Shown piece after piece: positions 63,306 through 64,000 of a DNA stretch of 64,000 nt; position 1 is the stretch's first letter, and every line of letters begins with the position of its first letter. The stretch lies in contig CAZZLD010000006.1 in NCBI GenBank assembly GCA_964655075.1, positions 21,045 to 85,044 of the forward strand. Direction: 5' to 3'. A program made the translations under genes and the position numbers. The stretch is from an uncultured Candidatus Bathyarchaeia archaeon. GTDB lineage: Archaea; Thermoproteota; Bathyarchaeia; Bathyarchaeales; Bathyarchaeaceae. The notes beneath the pieces are model-generated. The model had not been told where the DNA came from, did no database searches, and was given only the letters and a program-made list of their open reading frames with translations.

Positions 63306-63603
63306 GGTTTAATGGCTGGAAACCCGCACTATTCACTGGGGGATGATGCTGCCGTCCCAGACAGACCTTGAGCAGGAATGAAGACACCTGGAGTAGCAGA
63401 CCCCTAAAACATCTAGCCGACCGAGAAACAACCGAAAGCCTAGCCCATTTTGTAACTCCATCATACAAAATTCTGAAGCAACAAAGACAGAAAAAACGGA
63501 TACTAATAATAAAATAAGCTTACTTTTCCCTAACCTGTTTGAAGGCAAATAGAGAGAATAGAGCAGTAACCGTGTGCAAGTTACCTACAAAGACAAGAAA
63601 TTA

Positions 63604-64000
63604 TCATTTATAGCCGAAGAACTTCAGGATATCGATAGGACTAGTCCAGCTTTGGGTCAATCTATGCATTATCGCTTCATAAAACAATGTAAGATTTATT
63701 TCAGGCTTATGGGCTTTGTATCCGAGCTGGCATTCAGGGTCTGGAGGAAAACAAATTTTACCGCTTTTCGGATTAAAGTGAAATAACAATCCTTTTTTGA
63801 GAACACAAACAAGGTCTACTTGATGTTCAAGATTTAATCCTTTTTCTTCATTTGTTTTTTTCCATAACAACAATAAATCTTCCAACTTGCTTGAATCAAA
63901 GGAGAATATGACTCCTAAAGTTGGACAGTATTTCCACTGTTTGCCGTACGCTCGTATGTCTGTACCAAAAGGAGACAGTTTTTCATAATACGCCTCCTTA
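63604..64000 (-). CDS. Hypothetical protein, 3' part (5' end outside window)
   Basis: On the minus strand the frame of track ORF 63604-63885 stays open to the window edge (...KEAYYEKLSPFGTDIRAYGKQWKYCPTLGVIFSFDSSKLEDLLLLWKK...). AT-rich, no family recognised. An SD-like AAGGAGG plus ATG at ~63986 is in a different frame and terminates after 23 codons. Confidence 0.5.
   Translation of the reverse strand, partial: KEAYYEKLSPFGTDIRAYGKQWKYCPTLGVIFSFDSSKLEDLLLLWKKTNEEKGLNLEHQVDLVCVLKKGLLFHFNPKSGKICFPPDPECQLGYKAHKPEINLTLFYEAIMHRLTQSWTSPIDILKFFGYK

Noticed and set aside
63271-63548. Two overlapping minus-strand ORFs (65 and 71 aa) downstream of lysK
   Set aside because: They are in different frames of the same DNA, have no motifs, and partly overlap the lysK 3' end. 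I treated the region as non-coding or a possible RNA.
1-64000. Search for tRNA, rRNA and CRISPR arrays
   Set aside because: I scanned both strands by eye for T-loop-like GGTTCGAATCC/GGTTCAAATCC motifs and for regularly spaced direct repeats, and found none. This was not exhaustive. tRNAscan-SE, Infernal and a CRISPR finder should be run to confirm.

Overview
The gene content marks this as an archaeal chromosomal segment. Markers are ribosomal protein eL13, class-I LysRS, GINS+MCM, Hel308, a TIP49/RuvBL-like AAA+ protein, GatCAB, ThyX, geranylgeranyl reductase, Dph6 and a split archaeal-type glutamate synthase, with frequent TTG/GTG starts. A TACK/Bathyarchaeia-like lineage is my inference only. 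I can support about 70 genes, mostly housekeeping and tightly packed. I saw no rRNA, tRNA or CRISPR array in a by-eye scan that was not exhaustive.

Larger-scale organisation:
- 34.9-48.2 kb is a nitrogen-assimilation supercluster. It holds an HMGL-family synthase, glnA with two stand-alone RAM-domain genes, Lrp, an RHH regulator, decayed amt and terC remnants, NadE and a five-gene split GOGAT.
- 48.2-56.4 kb is a replication/repair block (GINS23-MCM, VapBC, Hel308), preceded by a repeat-rich, AT-rich intergenic region that looks origin- or operator-like.
- Several visibly AT-richer islets carry uncharacterised genes: 5.3-7.3, 14.6-16.5, 28.2-29.2, 51.9-53.9, 60.1-61.5 and 63.3-64.0 kb. GC content was judged by eye, not computed.

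Most interesting candidates:
1. A threonine-synthase-fold protein has its Schiff-base lysine replaced (SFRDR instead of SFKDR). It carries an N-terminal zinc ribbon and a C-terminal PadR-like wHTH, and sits next to an ECF S-component and ComB. It may be a pseudoenzyme sensor-regulator.
2. An AT-rich two-gene cassette (TM+HTH-like protein and a possible PD-(D/E)xK-like protein) lies at 60.35-61.47 kb.
3. A three-gene Psp/YdjI-like operon lies at 57.9-59.8 kb.
4. glnA is linked to tandem RAM-domain genes, and a triple ATTCAT half-site sits in the glnA/lrp divergent promoter.
5. A 547-aa coiled-coil protein abuts the decayed 3' tail of an AmmeMemoRadiSam-type radical SAM gene.

All family calls come from motif recognition by eye. 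No database search was run.
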